A stretch of 64,000 nucleotides of DNA from Monocercomonoides exilis PA203 (taxonomy: Eukaryota; Protista; Preaxostyla), in assembly GCA_001643675.2 (NCBI GenBank), contig LSRY02000062.1, positions 248,001 to 312,000 on the forward strand. Reading direction: 5' to 3'. Of this stretch, positions 49,158 to 62,655 are shown in pieces. The notes under the pieces are model-generated. The model was not told the DNA's origin and made no database searches. It worked only from the letters and a program-made list of their open reading frames with translations. A program made the translations under genes and the position numbers. Every line of letters starts with the position of its first letter. Within the stretch, counting starts at the first letter, position 1.

Positions 49158-52100
49158 ATGCAAGAAAAGAAAAAACATTCAAAGAATGGCTTATCAATTG
49201 CTGATTTGTTTTGGAATTATACAAACGGAACATCACAGCAAAGTTTAGAAGCAACAAAGAAGTTGATCCGCATTGTTGCATCGGGACAAGCAAGAATACA
49301 CCAAAAGACAACTTCGACCAGTACAAATCAGACTTCTTCGCAACAAAAGCCCAATGAACTTGATTCACATATAGGATTAATGAGAAAACACGAGCATCAT
49401 TCTTCTGAATTGATTTATGCACGCTTTCGTTTGATTAGTGGTTTAGGCTCTGATGATGATAAAACAAGAATTAATTTTGCTGTTGGATTAACAACAGTAT
49501 GCATGCATAAAATATTAACCTAATCGTGACTATTTATATTTGTAATATAATTTGTTTTTGCTTTATTTTTAAGCTATTGAGTTCTTTCCGATCTGTCATA
49601 ACGCCATCATCAGTTCTTGTTGAAATGTACGAGCTTTTGCCTTATTATGCAACCATGAAAACACAAGTATTGTTCATTCGCGATTCGTTGTTCAATTTTA
49701 TTTCAATTTGAAAAATTTTATTTTTTAATAGGAAAAACGTGATTGTGTTTTTGGTCGTCTTTATTGCATATTAAGTTTATGGAATTCTGGACTTTTGATT
49801 GAAAAAGGTTCAGAAGAATTTCGTTCATCGGAAATACGACATCGTGATCTATTACAAGACGATACACAAGGAGGAAAACGAGGTAAACAAAAGGAAAGAG
49901 ATGCACATAAAATGAAGGAGCAGATTAAAGTTTTGAAAGTTCTTGAAAATAGCGCTGATACAGTCATTGGGCAATCTCTGAGAGAGCTTATATCTCTTAT
50001 CAAACTTCACCCGAACACATCCCAAGCTGCCGCAGCAGCAGTGATTGGAATCAGCAACGAGATTAGTGCTGAATTATACCACCGATCAGTGGAACCATTT
50101 ATCAAGCCTCTTCTGAACATTCCTATTCGTTCGCTTTCTGCTTCACATATCGCAATCTTATCGCATCTGCAGCGGCACTTCAATCTTGTTTCTACAGCTG
50201 CTTCAAATTCTGCTTCATCATCTTCACAGACATCGGCAAAATCTGTTGCGGACATTACAGAAAAAACGAATGCCTACGAGGTGTCTCTGGTAAGTCCGAA
50301 GGTGATTCCGCATCTGCTGACAGCTCTGATGGAGTCACACGAATTCTCTCATCCTCACGCCCATGTCGTGTGGAATGAGCTCATCCAGCAGATGTTCTCT
50401 TTCCCTGGTGCTCCATCTTCAGCTACTTCATCAGCAGAAACCAAACAAAAAGCAAGCAAATCGTCTCGTTCTTTGATGCTTCTGTCTAAGCAAGCTGAGT
50501 GTGTGCAAGCTGGCAGCGAGGCAGAAGAACGTATCGCAGCTGAACGAGTGAAGGCGCTTGCGACGTCAATTCTTCAGCCACTTTATGCTTCAACACCACA
50601 ACGTCGACATCTTGTTGTGCTGGTGCTGCAGATGCTGGTGGCACATGCATTCCCACAGCTGCCAAGCTCTGTTGTCACGTCTGCTGTGGAATTGTCGCAG
50701 CTGAAGAGGAAAGGAAAGCGGGGAGGAAAAGGGAAGAAGAAGAGGAGAGGAATGGATGCAGCTGCCATTTCTGAGCACGAGAAGGAAGTGGCCGAAGGAG
50801 TGTCGAATCTTCTGCTGATGATAAGAGGACAAAACAACTTTTCTTCGATCTCTTCTGATAAAAGTGCAGCTGCTTCGGCAGAAACAGCACAGAAGGCGAC
50901 ACATCAGATATTCATTCCAGCATCTTCTGCACAAATTTTGTTCCCTGTCTCTATTTTGTCGTCCATCATCAAATCCATTCCACAAAGATCAACTGCCACA
51001 ATACATGAAGCATCCCAAGTTCTTCTGAACACAATTTCAACTTTGTGCTCGATGACTGCTTCTTCAACTGGAACTTCTGCATCCTCCAGCTCTTTGTCTG
51101 GATTGTCTCCATTTGCTGCTGCATTCAATGAGCACATTCTCCATTCCGTTCCAGCTCTTGTTGAACGAGGCGTTGGACTGTCTTCTCTAACACTGTTCAT
51201 TCATCCTTTGCTGCCGTATTTCAGCGAAGCAGAAATCGGAACTTACATTCAGCACATCATCACATACTTCATCAGAAAGCCACTTACAACACAAATTCTG
51301 ACTGACTCACATGAAGAAGTGTTGAAGAAGCTGAAGGAAGAAGAAAACGAAGGAGAGGAGCAAGAGGAAAACGAAGATGGAAAAGAAGAAGATGAAAAGA
51401 AAGAGGAAGGAAAGGAAGGAAAAGACAAGAAAAAGCACATCACAGTCAAAGCAGGAGGGAAGCGAAGAATGGTTGATGAAGATGATGCATCCAGTTCGGA
51501 AGAAGAAGGTGAAAGTGACGAAATAGACTCAGAAGACGAGCGAGACCAGCAGCGTGATCTGCGCCATTTGAGGCTTGTATATGGCAGAGTTGCGTCGAGA
51601 GGAGTGGATGAGCTGTGCTGGGTGGCCAGGAACAGCGCACTGGAGAGGAGCTACCAGCAGACAATGGAGATTGTCGGGATCATCATCATGTTTGCATTCT
51701 TCAACCCGTTTCTGGAGAAGAGCGGAGAGGAGAAGAAAGATGGCTTGAAGGAAGACGAAAGCGAAGAAAATAAAAGGACAGAGTTCGAAAAAGCGTTTTC
51801 TGTTGTGAACAGTCGAATGCGCCAGTTAATTGCAGCACTTCAAGCTCCTATTTTGTCATCGGAGCAAACGGATTCCTCGAAGAAGTCATCAGCCACACAA
51901 AATGCTCCTTCGTTTTTGACACCTGCCTTTGCTGCTCAGATGCAGCGTCTGCCCTTCCGCCAGATGCAGATGCATTCGCGAGAGCAGCTGAGCAGCCTTC
52001 TCAGCACACTCGACACAGCAGCGTCAAGAGCACTTTCTGTCAGCAGCAGCAAGCAGAACACAGGGAAGAGTGCTGAAGAGAACACAGACAGAAAGAAAGG

Positions 52101-55100
52101 TGCTTTGTCTGCGGTGAGGTTTGAAGGAGATCCGAAGTGGATGAATTGGACAGCCATTGCGTTGAGACTGCAGATGATGTGGAGCGGTGCAGACGAAGAA
52201 CTGAAGGCTGCTGCTTCTGAGCAGCAGAGCGGAGGCGAGGAAGATGAAACCTCTTCAAAGAAAAAAAGGAAGTCTACAAAGGGACAAAATGCTGCAAACG
52301 AGCAGAAGCCAAAGAAAGAAGAGAGAAATGGATGGATGCGAAGTCAAGCTCTGCCATGCGCCACTGTTCTGTCACTGTCAGCAGATGAAAATGAGATGCG
52401 ATTGAAGCTTCTCAAACTGTTCAATGGAGATCTACTGCCATATTATACCAATATTGCATCATCTTTTATGTCTTCATCACAAAATGCAACGTTGTGCAAC
52501 ACTTTGTATTTTGCATTGAGAGGCATTCGCTATTTCATGTGCACTGCTCTGCTGATTCATCAGGCACGACCGGCACTTGGATTTGCAATGATGGAAGAGC
52601 TCAACCGCTGCCTTCCACTTTGCATTGCACATTTCAAAGAAATTGCAGAATCAGTCAATAAATCAACAGCCTCTTCTTCTGCTGCTCAATCAAACAAGAA
52701 AGCGGATGGCAAAGGCAAAGGAAACAGTTCTGAAGAGAAAGAAAAGGAATCATTAGATGCTGTGATACAAGCATTTGCAAACAATGTTTCTTTGACAGTG
52801 GAAGAAGCACAGAAACTGATGGTTATTCCTGTGAAAGAGCCGAAGAAAACGAAAAAGGACAAATCAAAAGGAAAAGATAAGAACAAGAAAGAAGAAGGCA
52901 AAGAAGGAGAAGAAGCAAAAGAAACATCCAAAACCGCAGACAAAATGGAAGAAGATGATGAAAGCGGAGAAGAGGAGGAAGAAGGGCAAAAAGGGCAAAA
53001 AGAAGAAGAGAAAGGCAAAGCTATTTCAGAAACATCTCAGAATATGATAGCAGAATTGAGTGAAGAAGAAGAAACGATGAATGAAGAGCAAACAGGAGAC
53101 ATTCTGTTTGGCATTTTGGGTATTCTTTTGGATCTTCTCCATCAAAGAGAAAGCTGGACACGAGGTGTGCAACTTAATAAAACTATTACACATTCATTTT
53201 CTCTTCTATGAACATCTTTTTTTTTTTAAATCTTTAATTTCAATTTTCGTTTTATTTAAAATTGCGATTAGATTTCTCCTGCCGCATATTTGCTGAGCTT
53301 GCGCCTCTTCTGGCAACACACGAGCATTTCAAGATGATCACAGAATTTATCAAAAGCATCAGAGCAGTTGAAGAAGAAAGCGAAGAACATCATCACAATC
53401 ACGATGAGCATCATTCGTACAGACATTCAGAGGATGAAGAAGACGAAAATGGAGATGAGAAGGAAAAGAAACAAAGGAAAGAAAAACAGAAAAAAGATCA
53501 AAAGAAAAAGATTGTCAAAGAAAAAGAAGAAAGTGAGGATGATGATGAGGATGATGATGAAGACAGCGATGATGATGACGAAGATGACGACGACGACGAC
53601 GACGATGATGATGATGATGATGAAGATGAGGAAGAAGAGGAAGAAGAGGAGGAGGAGGAGGAGGAGGACGATGATGATGAAAGTGGAGAAGACAAACAGC
53701 TGAATGATATTGAAGATGAGCTGAACAGAATTGAAAAAGAAGAGATTGAGACGAATCCTGAAGGCGAAGCATTGAATGAACTGAATTCATTGGACGATGA
53801 AGAATACACGAAATATCTGGACACACACAAAAAGGCACGAAATGCATACAATCGCATGCTGGCAATGGTGGTGAAGTCTGAGTTAGCACAAAGAAAGAAG
53901 AAAGGCAGCAGAAAGGTGGATGAAGAAGACGAAGAGTTGGAGGAGGATATGGCTGAGCGGCTATCGAAGAAGAAGAGAAAAAGAAGTAAGGGAGAAATGG
54001 CAACTGAAGCGGAGGAAGAGAAGAATGGTGAAGGAGAGAAAAAAGAAGGAGTAGAAGACAATGAAGATGATCTGGACGACGACGATGATGATGAGAATGA
54101 CGACGACGACGACGATGATCTTGACGATGATGGTAACTTGTTTGAGGAGGAAGATGAAGATGAAATCGACGAGCAGAGAACTCTTATTGCTCGTTCACGC
54201 GCCATCGACCTGCTCAACACAGGTGTCAATGCAATTCTTTCACCAGCCATTTTGTTTATGAACGGCTCCTCCAACTTCGCCGAGGCGTCTTTTCTTCATT
54301 CCTCGTCTATCACAAACTGTGCTGCCCAGTTCCTTTCAGTCGACTTGTGCGTCGACATCTCGTTCTTCGTTGCCTTCATCCAGAGCCAGTCGCAAGACGT
54401 GGCAAGAGCACTCCCGTTTGAAGAGACAGCACACGGACATGGAGCTTCCTTCGATGTATCTAAAGCAATACGCGACTTTATGGAGCATCTCGTTACATTC
54501 CAACCTGAGTTTGCAAGAAGATTCACTGTCCGCTCGCTCCTTTCACCGATTTTCAAATCGTTCGGCCTGCTTTCACAAGACTCAGCTTCAGCTGCTTCAT
54601 TGCAGATGATTCCATTTGGAGCATCATCTTCTGCAGCTGGTGAATTGTGCATGCGTTTGTATTCGCCACAGATGAAGATCAGCAAAAAAGAAGCTGCGCT
54701 TGCACGCATCTCAGAAGTGGCTGCTACATTCAGTCGCATCCAACACAATCTCCAGCGATGCATTCTGACTTTATGCAACACGTCGTCGAAGCAACTGCGC
54801 AACATTCATTCTGTTTTCATCACATTCGCAAGAGTGCTCTCTTCTCTTCCTGTTCAGCCGCCTGTTTGCTTGAACAGCGATGGACTGCAGCACTACGCAT
54901 CTGCATCTTTTTCATTTGCTCAACACGCAACAGACAAGAAAGTTGAAAGATGGCTCTCTTGTTTTGGCTCAATTAAGGCACAGCCTGTCGGCTCATCTGC
55001 TTTTGCTGAGCTGTCAGGCCAGGCAGTTGTTCCAAGCGAATTGACAAAGCTCTTTGGAGCTCTTTCTGTTCCGCATGCACTGCCAATGTACAGATATCTC

Positions 55101-56192
55101 TTCTTGAACTGCCATCTTGTACCAAATAGCGTTGTTTCTATTCCTGTTCTCAATGACTTGTTTGTTAACTTCACTCCATTCGCCTTTGTTTTGCTTCCAT
55201 TATTGTTTGACTGTGCACTTCCAAAACATGCATTGAATGATGTCGAAAAGAAAGCAATAGAAGACAGACATATGAATGCTGATTCATTTGTGCAGTGCCC
55301 ATGGAACAGAATGAATAGAAAGGCAGAAGAAGTTGTCTATGCACGCTGTGTGAAGACACTTTCTCTGTTCACAAGAGTGTTTGTCACTCCTCTTTTGTCT
55401 GCTTCCCCAGAGGCTGCAGAGAAAGGAGAAGAGTCGAATGCAGAAGAAGCAGCTTCTTTCTCTTCCCATTTGGTAGCACCGACCGATCTGTTCCATGTTC
55501 TTCCGTACTTGTTCAAGACGGTCCAGAGATGCCTTTCATTCCCTCATCGTCAGGCTGACAGCGAAGCAGAGCCAAAAGTTAAAGGCAAAAACACTCAGAA
55601 AAAGGAGACAATGAAGCTGCCATACTTCTCAATGGCGAATGACACAACTGAACTTCTGTCTGTTATTATAAATGTGGTACGCCTGATAACCAAAATTGGA
55701 GCATCTGCATCTTCAACTGATGCAGCTGCAGCAGAAGACAAACAAAAAGAAAACGAAAGGAAAGAGACTTTGAAGATCAACAACATTTTGATGCCAGTTG
55801 CATTGAACCAGAACATGAAGGATTCCATTCGGAAGTTTACTGACATGTCTGCTTCGTCTCTCTTCTCCAATGCAAAGGAAGTAGAAGACCTTGCAGATAC
55901 ACTTGAACAATCCATCTTGTTCATCGCAAAGAACGTGACTATTTTGGCTCATCGCATAAAATCACAGGCATTTCATGCTAAAGCCAAAGAATTGTTATTC
56001 TACGTTGTCCAGCAAAAGCCCGTTGTTCCGAAAAAACCAAAAACGAGCAAAAAGCAAGATGCAGAAAAGGATTCATCAAAAGAAAAGCCTTCTGCAAAAA
56101 AAGGTAAGGATAATTTGAAAGAGTCTAAAAAAGTTATGAATTCAAAGAAGGAGAAAAAAGATGGAGAAAAAACAAAAAAGCATTCAAAATAA
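49158..56192 (+). CDS. MYBBP1A: MYBBP1A / Pol5 (DNA polymerase phi family) nucleolar protein, about 2260 aa, 4 exons
   Basis: N-terminal DLFWNY..SLEATKKLI, LIYARFRLISGLGSDDDKTRINFAVGLTTLL and EKRDCVFGRLYCILSL match the family signature; central acidic tract; Lys-rich C-terminus. Introns 49497-49573, 49667-49731 and 53165-53271. Confidence 0.8.
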
Positions 56193-56349
56193 CTTCTGAG
56201 GAAATGAATATCAAAAGAAATGCCTAAAAAATTCAATTGCAATTATTTATTTTACAAAAATTTATCAATTCACTGATTTCACTTCATAATTTATGTGCAA
56301 ATATTTAAAAATTTAACCCACAATCCAAAATATTATCTTATGAAAAGAT

Positions 56350-58845
56350 ATGAATATGTTTGCGAGCTTTATAGCTGTTATTTCCATATTATTTTGAAAG
56401 TGTTCATTTAGCATAAAAGAAGATTTTTGACTAAAGCTGAATATGCAGAGCTTTTTTCGATATTCAAGCAGGTACTGCAAGAAACAGGAGAAACGCCAAT
56501 TGAATGGCTTAACAAAAGAAGCAATAAAAAATATGAACCTTTTAGTGTGCAAATGATATTTTTTTTTGATATGTTTACACAGGGTTTTTTGCAACTATAT
56601 AATTTAGAGGAGTTAGCAGAAAAATATGGAAGGTCAAATGCAGCTTTGGCATTTCATCTGACGCGATTGATTGAACCAGATAAATTTCCCCCATTTAACG
56701 ATGATGAAAACCAGCTTATTGAAGAGTTTGCTGATCCCTTCTGCAATTGCTTTATTTGAATTGTTATTTGATTTTGAAAGTTTTGTTTCTGTATATGGAA
56801 CTCAATGGAAAAAGTTAGAGCATGTGTTAGCAGCACCGGGTTATGTAATTAGAGAACGATATTTACGTTATACTGCAAAAAAAAAGAGCAATTTCAAGAA
56901 ATGTTTGCGATTGTTAACTTTCATATTCGCTTTCTGAATTTTATAATTCATGTTAAAGTGGGTTATTTCACTGTTAACGAAATAAATGAACTTAACACAA
57001 TTTTCCATGATTTATATCCAGATGGAGTCAATTTTAAAAGTTTGTAAATTAAAAATTTTCGACTATTATCATTGATTTGAATTATTAGAAGTGTCATGGG
57101 CAGAAGTGGGAAGGCGGCATTCCACAAGGTCTGCAAATCAAATACGATTGTGGGCAAGAAATCGATATCTTACAACAGAGTTACGAAGACGACCATGGAC
57201 TTTGAAAGACGACCTTTTTCTAACAGAATAGTATGTATTTCTTTTTTATTTTGTAATGTTATTTCATAACTTAACATAATGCGCTTTTTAATCATTAAAA
57301 ATAAATGAAATAAAATAATAAACAATTCAGTCTAAAAGACAGAGATTTTCGTGAATATGCAGAAGTTGATTGGGATGTTTTAAGTCAGAAAATGGATCTG
57401 TATGCAGTTAAGAACAATCAATATGAAACATTTTTTAATTCATTTTTGTTCCTTTCTTGAACATTTGATGATGGTTAATCAGACCTCAGGAAATTATAAC
57501 TAGACGATTTAGATCACTTGCCTTTAAGTTTTATGGCTATTACTCAATGATTAAACATTCTAGTGTTTCATTGGATGATGAAAATGAAGCTATGTTTATT
57601 GATGAGCTCGGAAAGAAGAAGAAGAGGAAGAAGAAGAAATCGAGCGAAGAAAGTGATGAATCATTTGACGATTCGAGCGATGAATCCAGTTCATCCGAGA
57701 GTTCTGATGAAGAATCATCTCATCGTTCTGACAAAACAGCCTCATCATCATCATCTTCTTCTTCTTTTTCTGATGATGATGATAATGAGAAGAAGCATCA
57801 TTCACACAAAGGTACATACACATATGTGGAGTATTCGTTGGGTGGGAAGGAGTGGAAGGACATAATCAACAGCATTTATGAGGGAGTTCGCAAGAAGGAT
57901 TATATCATGGTTGGGATGCATCCGTGCATGACTACTGCGACAGGCACAGATGGAACGAACGAATCGACAAAACTGAGAAGGCAGAAAAAAGGGGAAGACA
58001 TTCTTATGCCGGCTCGAATTGGGGATGAAGAGCTGAACATGTTTGAAAACCTGTTTAAGGGCAAAAGCGAAGAAGAAAGAAAGAAAGACGAGGAAGAGAG
58101 AGAGAGGGAGAGAAAAGCATCGAAGAGAACAAGAGCAGAAGCGGGACTGGCTGATTTGAAAGGGGAAGAAGGAAAAAGATTTGTTGAAGGAGAAGAAGAG
58201 GAAGACGAGGAAGAAATAGATGAAGAGAAAAAACTGAAAAAGATTCAAAAAAAAGAAATGAAGAAGAAGAAGAAGAAAGTTAAAAAGCTGATGAAAGAAA
58301 TGAAAAAGAAAAATCGAGAAAAAATCAAAAATTTTGAAAGAGAAAGAGAAGAAAGAGCAGCGAAGTTTATGTCGAATGAAGGATGGAAAGAGATGGCAGA
58401 CGAGGCGATGCAGAAAGCTGAGCATAAAAAAACGAAGAAGGAGAAAGAAGGAGACGAAAAGAAGGAAAGAAAAGGGAAGAAAGGAGGAGATCTTGTTGAT
58501 CAGAAATGGATTGATGAGAAAAGGATGAATTGGATGAAGGAAATGACACTGAAAAAGAGGGAAGAGAGGGAGAAGCTGCAGGGAGAGGTGGCATCACCAT
58601 CGAGAATGAGTGTGATGCAGAGGATGATGATGGGATTGGATGGAGATGACGAGGAAGAAGAGGAAGATACGGATGGTGAAAAGGTAGAGAAAAAGAAAAA
58701 ACAAAAGGATGAAAGTGAAAGTGAAAGTGAAAGTGAGGATGAGGATGAGAATGAGAGTGAAGAAGAAGAAGAAGATGATGATGATGAAGATGACGATGAC
58801 GTTGTCGAGATTAAAGCACACAAAAAAAGTGGAAAGAGCAAATGA
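56350..58845 (+). CDS. Myb-repeat protein, TTF-I/Reb1/DMTF1-like, with a charged C-terminal tail (multi-exon; start approximate)
   Basis: Spliced Myb-like repeats PFNDDENQLIE.FVSVYGTQWKKL..IRERY, VSWAEVGRRHSTRSANQIRLW and EVDWDVLS; large last exon ends at TGA 58845. Confidence 0.6.
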
Positions 58846-59089
58846 TAAATTATTAGTTTCTAAATATCAAACATTGTTTTTATGTAAATTATTCTTCATT
58901 TAAATATAGACTTTTGGTATAATAAAACAATTTGTTCATAACACATAAAAGATGCTCAAACAATTTTTCAAGTACAACAGAAAAAAATGACAAAATTTGA
59001 AGTTATACAATCTTAAATGCAAATCAATTTTTAGAAATGCAAAAAACAAGGATTAAAAAATTGATAATAAACAAAATGAAAATGAAAAA

Positions 59090-62000
59090 TTACACTTTAA
59101 CCATCATTTTCACTTGATCAATGATGTCAGAAGGAATTGAGCCTTGCTCTGTTTCTGCAATGAATGTCGACAGGAATGTGATAACCGATGGATCATCTCC
59201 GCGCTAGATTATTAGAGAAATAAGAAATTAAAAAGTATGTTGGTAAATTAAAAAATAACAATAATTATTAATTGACAATAATATCATTGAAAAAAATAAA
59301 GTGGTTTCAATACCTGTTCACAAATAGTCACCATGTTCATCACTGCAATCTGAGCTGTTCTTGTGTCTTCTGTCTCCACTGCCCTCTCAAGCAATGTAAA
59401 CAGCACACGCAGCGATGCAGATGCGCCTTCCTTGTGATGAGCTATCCTCGCAGAAAGCAGCAAAATCTCCTTCTCCACATCGGCTGTTCCGTCTGCCTGT
59501 GCAAACTGCCTAGCCAGTGTTGCATACAGTGCAGCACGAGGATACTGGCACGCTTCACACAATGATTGAGCGATGTCTCTGTAGAGAAGTGTTAGTTTTG
59601 TGACTGCTGTTGGTGGAAGAGTGGTTGGATCTGCTGTTGGCGTGTCTATCTTGTCTGTGCCGTCGTGTGGATACAGCATAACAATCGAGTCATCGTCCGC
59701 AATGGCACGCTGCAGTATTTGTGTAGCCTTCTTCTCAAACAGAACTGATGCCTGTGTGTAGTCTCCCAAATAGAAGCACACTCTGCCCAGCTGATCGAGA
59801 GCATCTTCGTATTCTGCGTTAAGATCGTTTGATGACGCAATATCAAGCACATTTTGCAGATAAATAGAAGCCAAAGAAAACTTCTGCAGATCCATATAGC
59901 CACTTCCCATCAGCTGGTACAGCTTGCAAAGCAACGAAGCTTTGATTTCCTCAGATAGAGAGCAATATGCAATTGTTGAAAGAGACTGGCTTCCGAAGTT
60001 GCTTTCGCCAATTCCGCTTCCTTCTCCACCGACTCCCGCAGCACTTGTACTTCCACCTGCCGCAAGAGAAGATGCATCTATTGCCTGTGTCTTTGATGCT
60101 GTTGACTGCCGCATGGTTGAGTCTCCGCCTGTTCTCCCTGCCCGACTTCTGTCTCTTCTCGACATTTGCACGCTTTTATCTTCCGTCGGCCCAGCCAGAC
60201 GCGACTGCAGGATCTTTCCAAGTTCCAAGCCACGGGCGATGTTTTTGCCAGTGATGTCTGCCTCGACTGCTTCGAGTGCTTCGCGTGCGTCTTCTTCTTT
60301 GAGCGGAACGGAGCTGTCGAGCACTGAAGACTCGCTCGGAATAAGCAGCTCGACTGCAGAGTTGTCAGACAGTGCAAGTGGAGGGATGTCAATTGTGGAG
60401 TATGTTGATGTGGTGTTGGATGAGGCAGGGTGGAGAGAGCGATATGACGCATCGCGCATTGTTCTCTCGCGCGCATTCATGGCATTTGTGCTGCTCAATC
60501 GCTGTGTCTGCGACGGGTCTGGTGGGAATGCGGTGGATGCTCCTCCGCCAGCAGCCACTTTTCCCGGAGGAATCTTTTGCTTCCAAAATTCTGTTCGAGA
60601 CTCAAGAAATCCAAGTCCTCCAGAAATAAGCTCGTTAAGAGGAGCTGGTTTGGGGGCAGTTGATATTTTGACGTGTTCTGAAGTGACTTGCTTTGGTGTT
60701 TCGTCTTGTGATTCACCATCGTCTTCTTCTGAGTCTCCTTCGTCAGCTCCTCCGTATCCTCCTGATGCTCCAGCACTTCCGCTCGCTCCGCTGGCTGATC
60801 CCGCCTGAGCATCAGCTCCTGCTCCGCCATTCGCTCCATTTGCTTCCTCACCTTCTTCTTCAACACGCTTCTTCTTCTTCGGTTTCACAGTCTTCGGGAA
60901 ATATGGTGTTGGTGCAGGTCCCTTTCTTCGTGTTTTATCCTTCAACTTTTCTGACAATGGAAGCATCGCTGTTTTTGATAATAATAATTATGATAAAAAT
61001 AAATGATGCAAGAAAAGCATAATTATCATGAAATAAAGCATCAAAACTCAGCACAACAATCAATTCACGGTAAATCACATAAACAAAACACTGATTTAGA
61101 CAAATCATTCGCATAATTCATAAACTTCATTAAGTCTCTTTTTTTCTTTCAAATTCATACCAGGATCATTCGACAATTCTCGAAGGAATAACTCATCGTC
61201 TGCTAGATGCCCCAGATATTTCCGCGATCCGCCCGTGCGACGTGGAGAGGAAGGCGGAGTTGCACCTTCGATTTTTTGTTTGGTGGCGCTTTTTTCATCT
61301 GGTTTCTCTTTCTCTTCTCTTTGTGTTCCGAGTGTTGTGCTTTTTCGTTGGCTGCTCTGTTGCTGCCATCCTGAGCCCATCATCGATGAAGTCATGCTTC
61401 GCTGTGTGAGCATCTCTTCTTCCTGCTTCCTCTTCATTCTTCGCGGAGACACCAACGACTCACGAAGCGTAGACCCTCCGTAATTCCCTCCTCCTTCCAT
61501 GCCATTTCCATCAACTCCGTCTCGCATCGTCAGCCCTTGTCCACCACTGCCTCTCATTGTTGCCATCGGTGAAAGAGCAATCGTCGTGCTTTGTGGCTGA
61601 GTAACATCCACAGACAAAACAAGACTTCGCCGTGTTGATAGCGGCTCTGTGCTTTCCACGTATGACGAACGCATGGTTTTCGATATTGTTCCTGCGATTG
61701 TTCTCGTTCGATCAGCAGCACTCTGAGGGGATGTGGACATTAGCGATGCAAGAGCTGATTGCCCATCGTTTCGAGTCTTTATTACGAGTACAGAATGATG
61801 AAAAGATTATTAATCAAAAGAAGAAGAAGAAGAAAATACCCTTTCCGCAAGTAATTTACTTGTTAAGTCACGGCAAGTTTTCATATCAAGATTTCTTGGT
61901 AAAAATGCTGCAGTAAATAATTCATGTTCAGGGTTTGCGTCAATGTCAGCCTGCTCTAAAATAAAGAGTTAAAAGTTGTATTAATTTGAATGAGAGTAAT

Positions 62001-62553
62001 TTTTGTAATGATTTACAAAATAACAAAAACCATTCGATTCTTCAATGGCATTTTTAGATTTCTGCACGCCGAGACGAAATTGTTCTTGATCGGGTCTTAT
62101 GATCATTCCTCTGTGATACTGAACCATAGCGTATTCAAAGTCACCGGCAGCAAATAAAACATCTGCCTTTTGTTGTAATGCCTGCAAAATAAAAATCAAA
62201 AAATAACTCCACCAAATGCATAAATTTTTAGTTAAACTCTGTATGAAGAAGCATTATTTTCGAGAACTTTGTCAACATCTTGAAGTGCTTCTTCGAGTTT
62301 TTCAAGTTTTTCGTAAGCCTTTGATCTTAACAGCAAAAGTTCTTCATCCACAGGCTTGACTTGAAGAGCCTATGTATAAAGAGTTGTGTGAAATATGAAT
62401 CACCTTGAAAATTCACACTTTTGTCGCGTATTCAATGCACTTTTGATATTGGCCATTCTTAAAATGAACTTTGGCTGTGTTAGCGTCTACAGCACACGCT
62501 TGAAGTTGCTTTTGTGTTGGTGGCTCTGGTTCTTCATCTTCGTCTTCGTACAT
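59090..62553 (-). CDS. TTC25: TPR protein TTC25/ODAD4 (outer dynein arm docking complex), multi-exon
   Basis: QKADVLFAAGDFEYAMVQYHRGMIIRPDQEQFRLGVQKSKNAIE, YLGHLADDELFLREL, GLGFLESRTEFWKQKIP and C-terminal TPRs. ATG 62553; last exon ends at TAA 59090. Confidence 0.82.
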
Positions 62554-62655
62554 GTTTTTAACAGATATTTTTAAACCGTTCTTTGAAATATGACCTTAAT
62601 TGCTTAAGATTGTTTATAAAAGTATGGAGCTCAAGATCTGTAAAAATTTTCAGGG

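Noticed and set aside
53368-58903. Poly-M/K, poly-S and poly-H ORFs overlapping MYBBP1A and the Myb gene
   Set aside because: Frame-shifted or antisense readings of GAT/GAA/GAC triplet runs.
59924-60808. 294-aa plus-strand ORF
   Set aside because: Antisense to the TTC25 exon in codon register; no recognisable domain.
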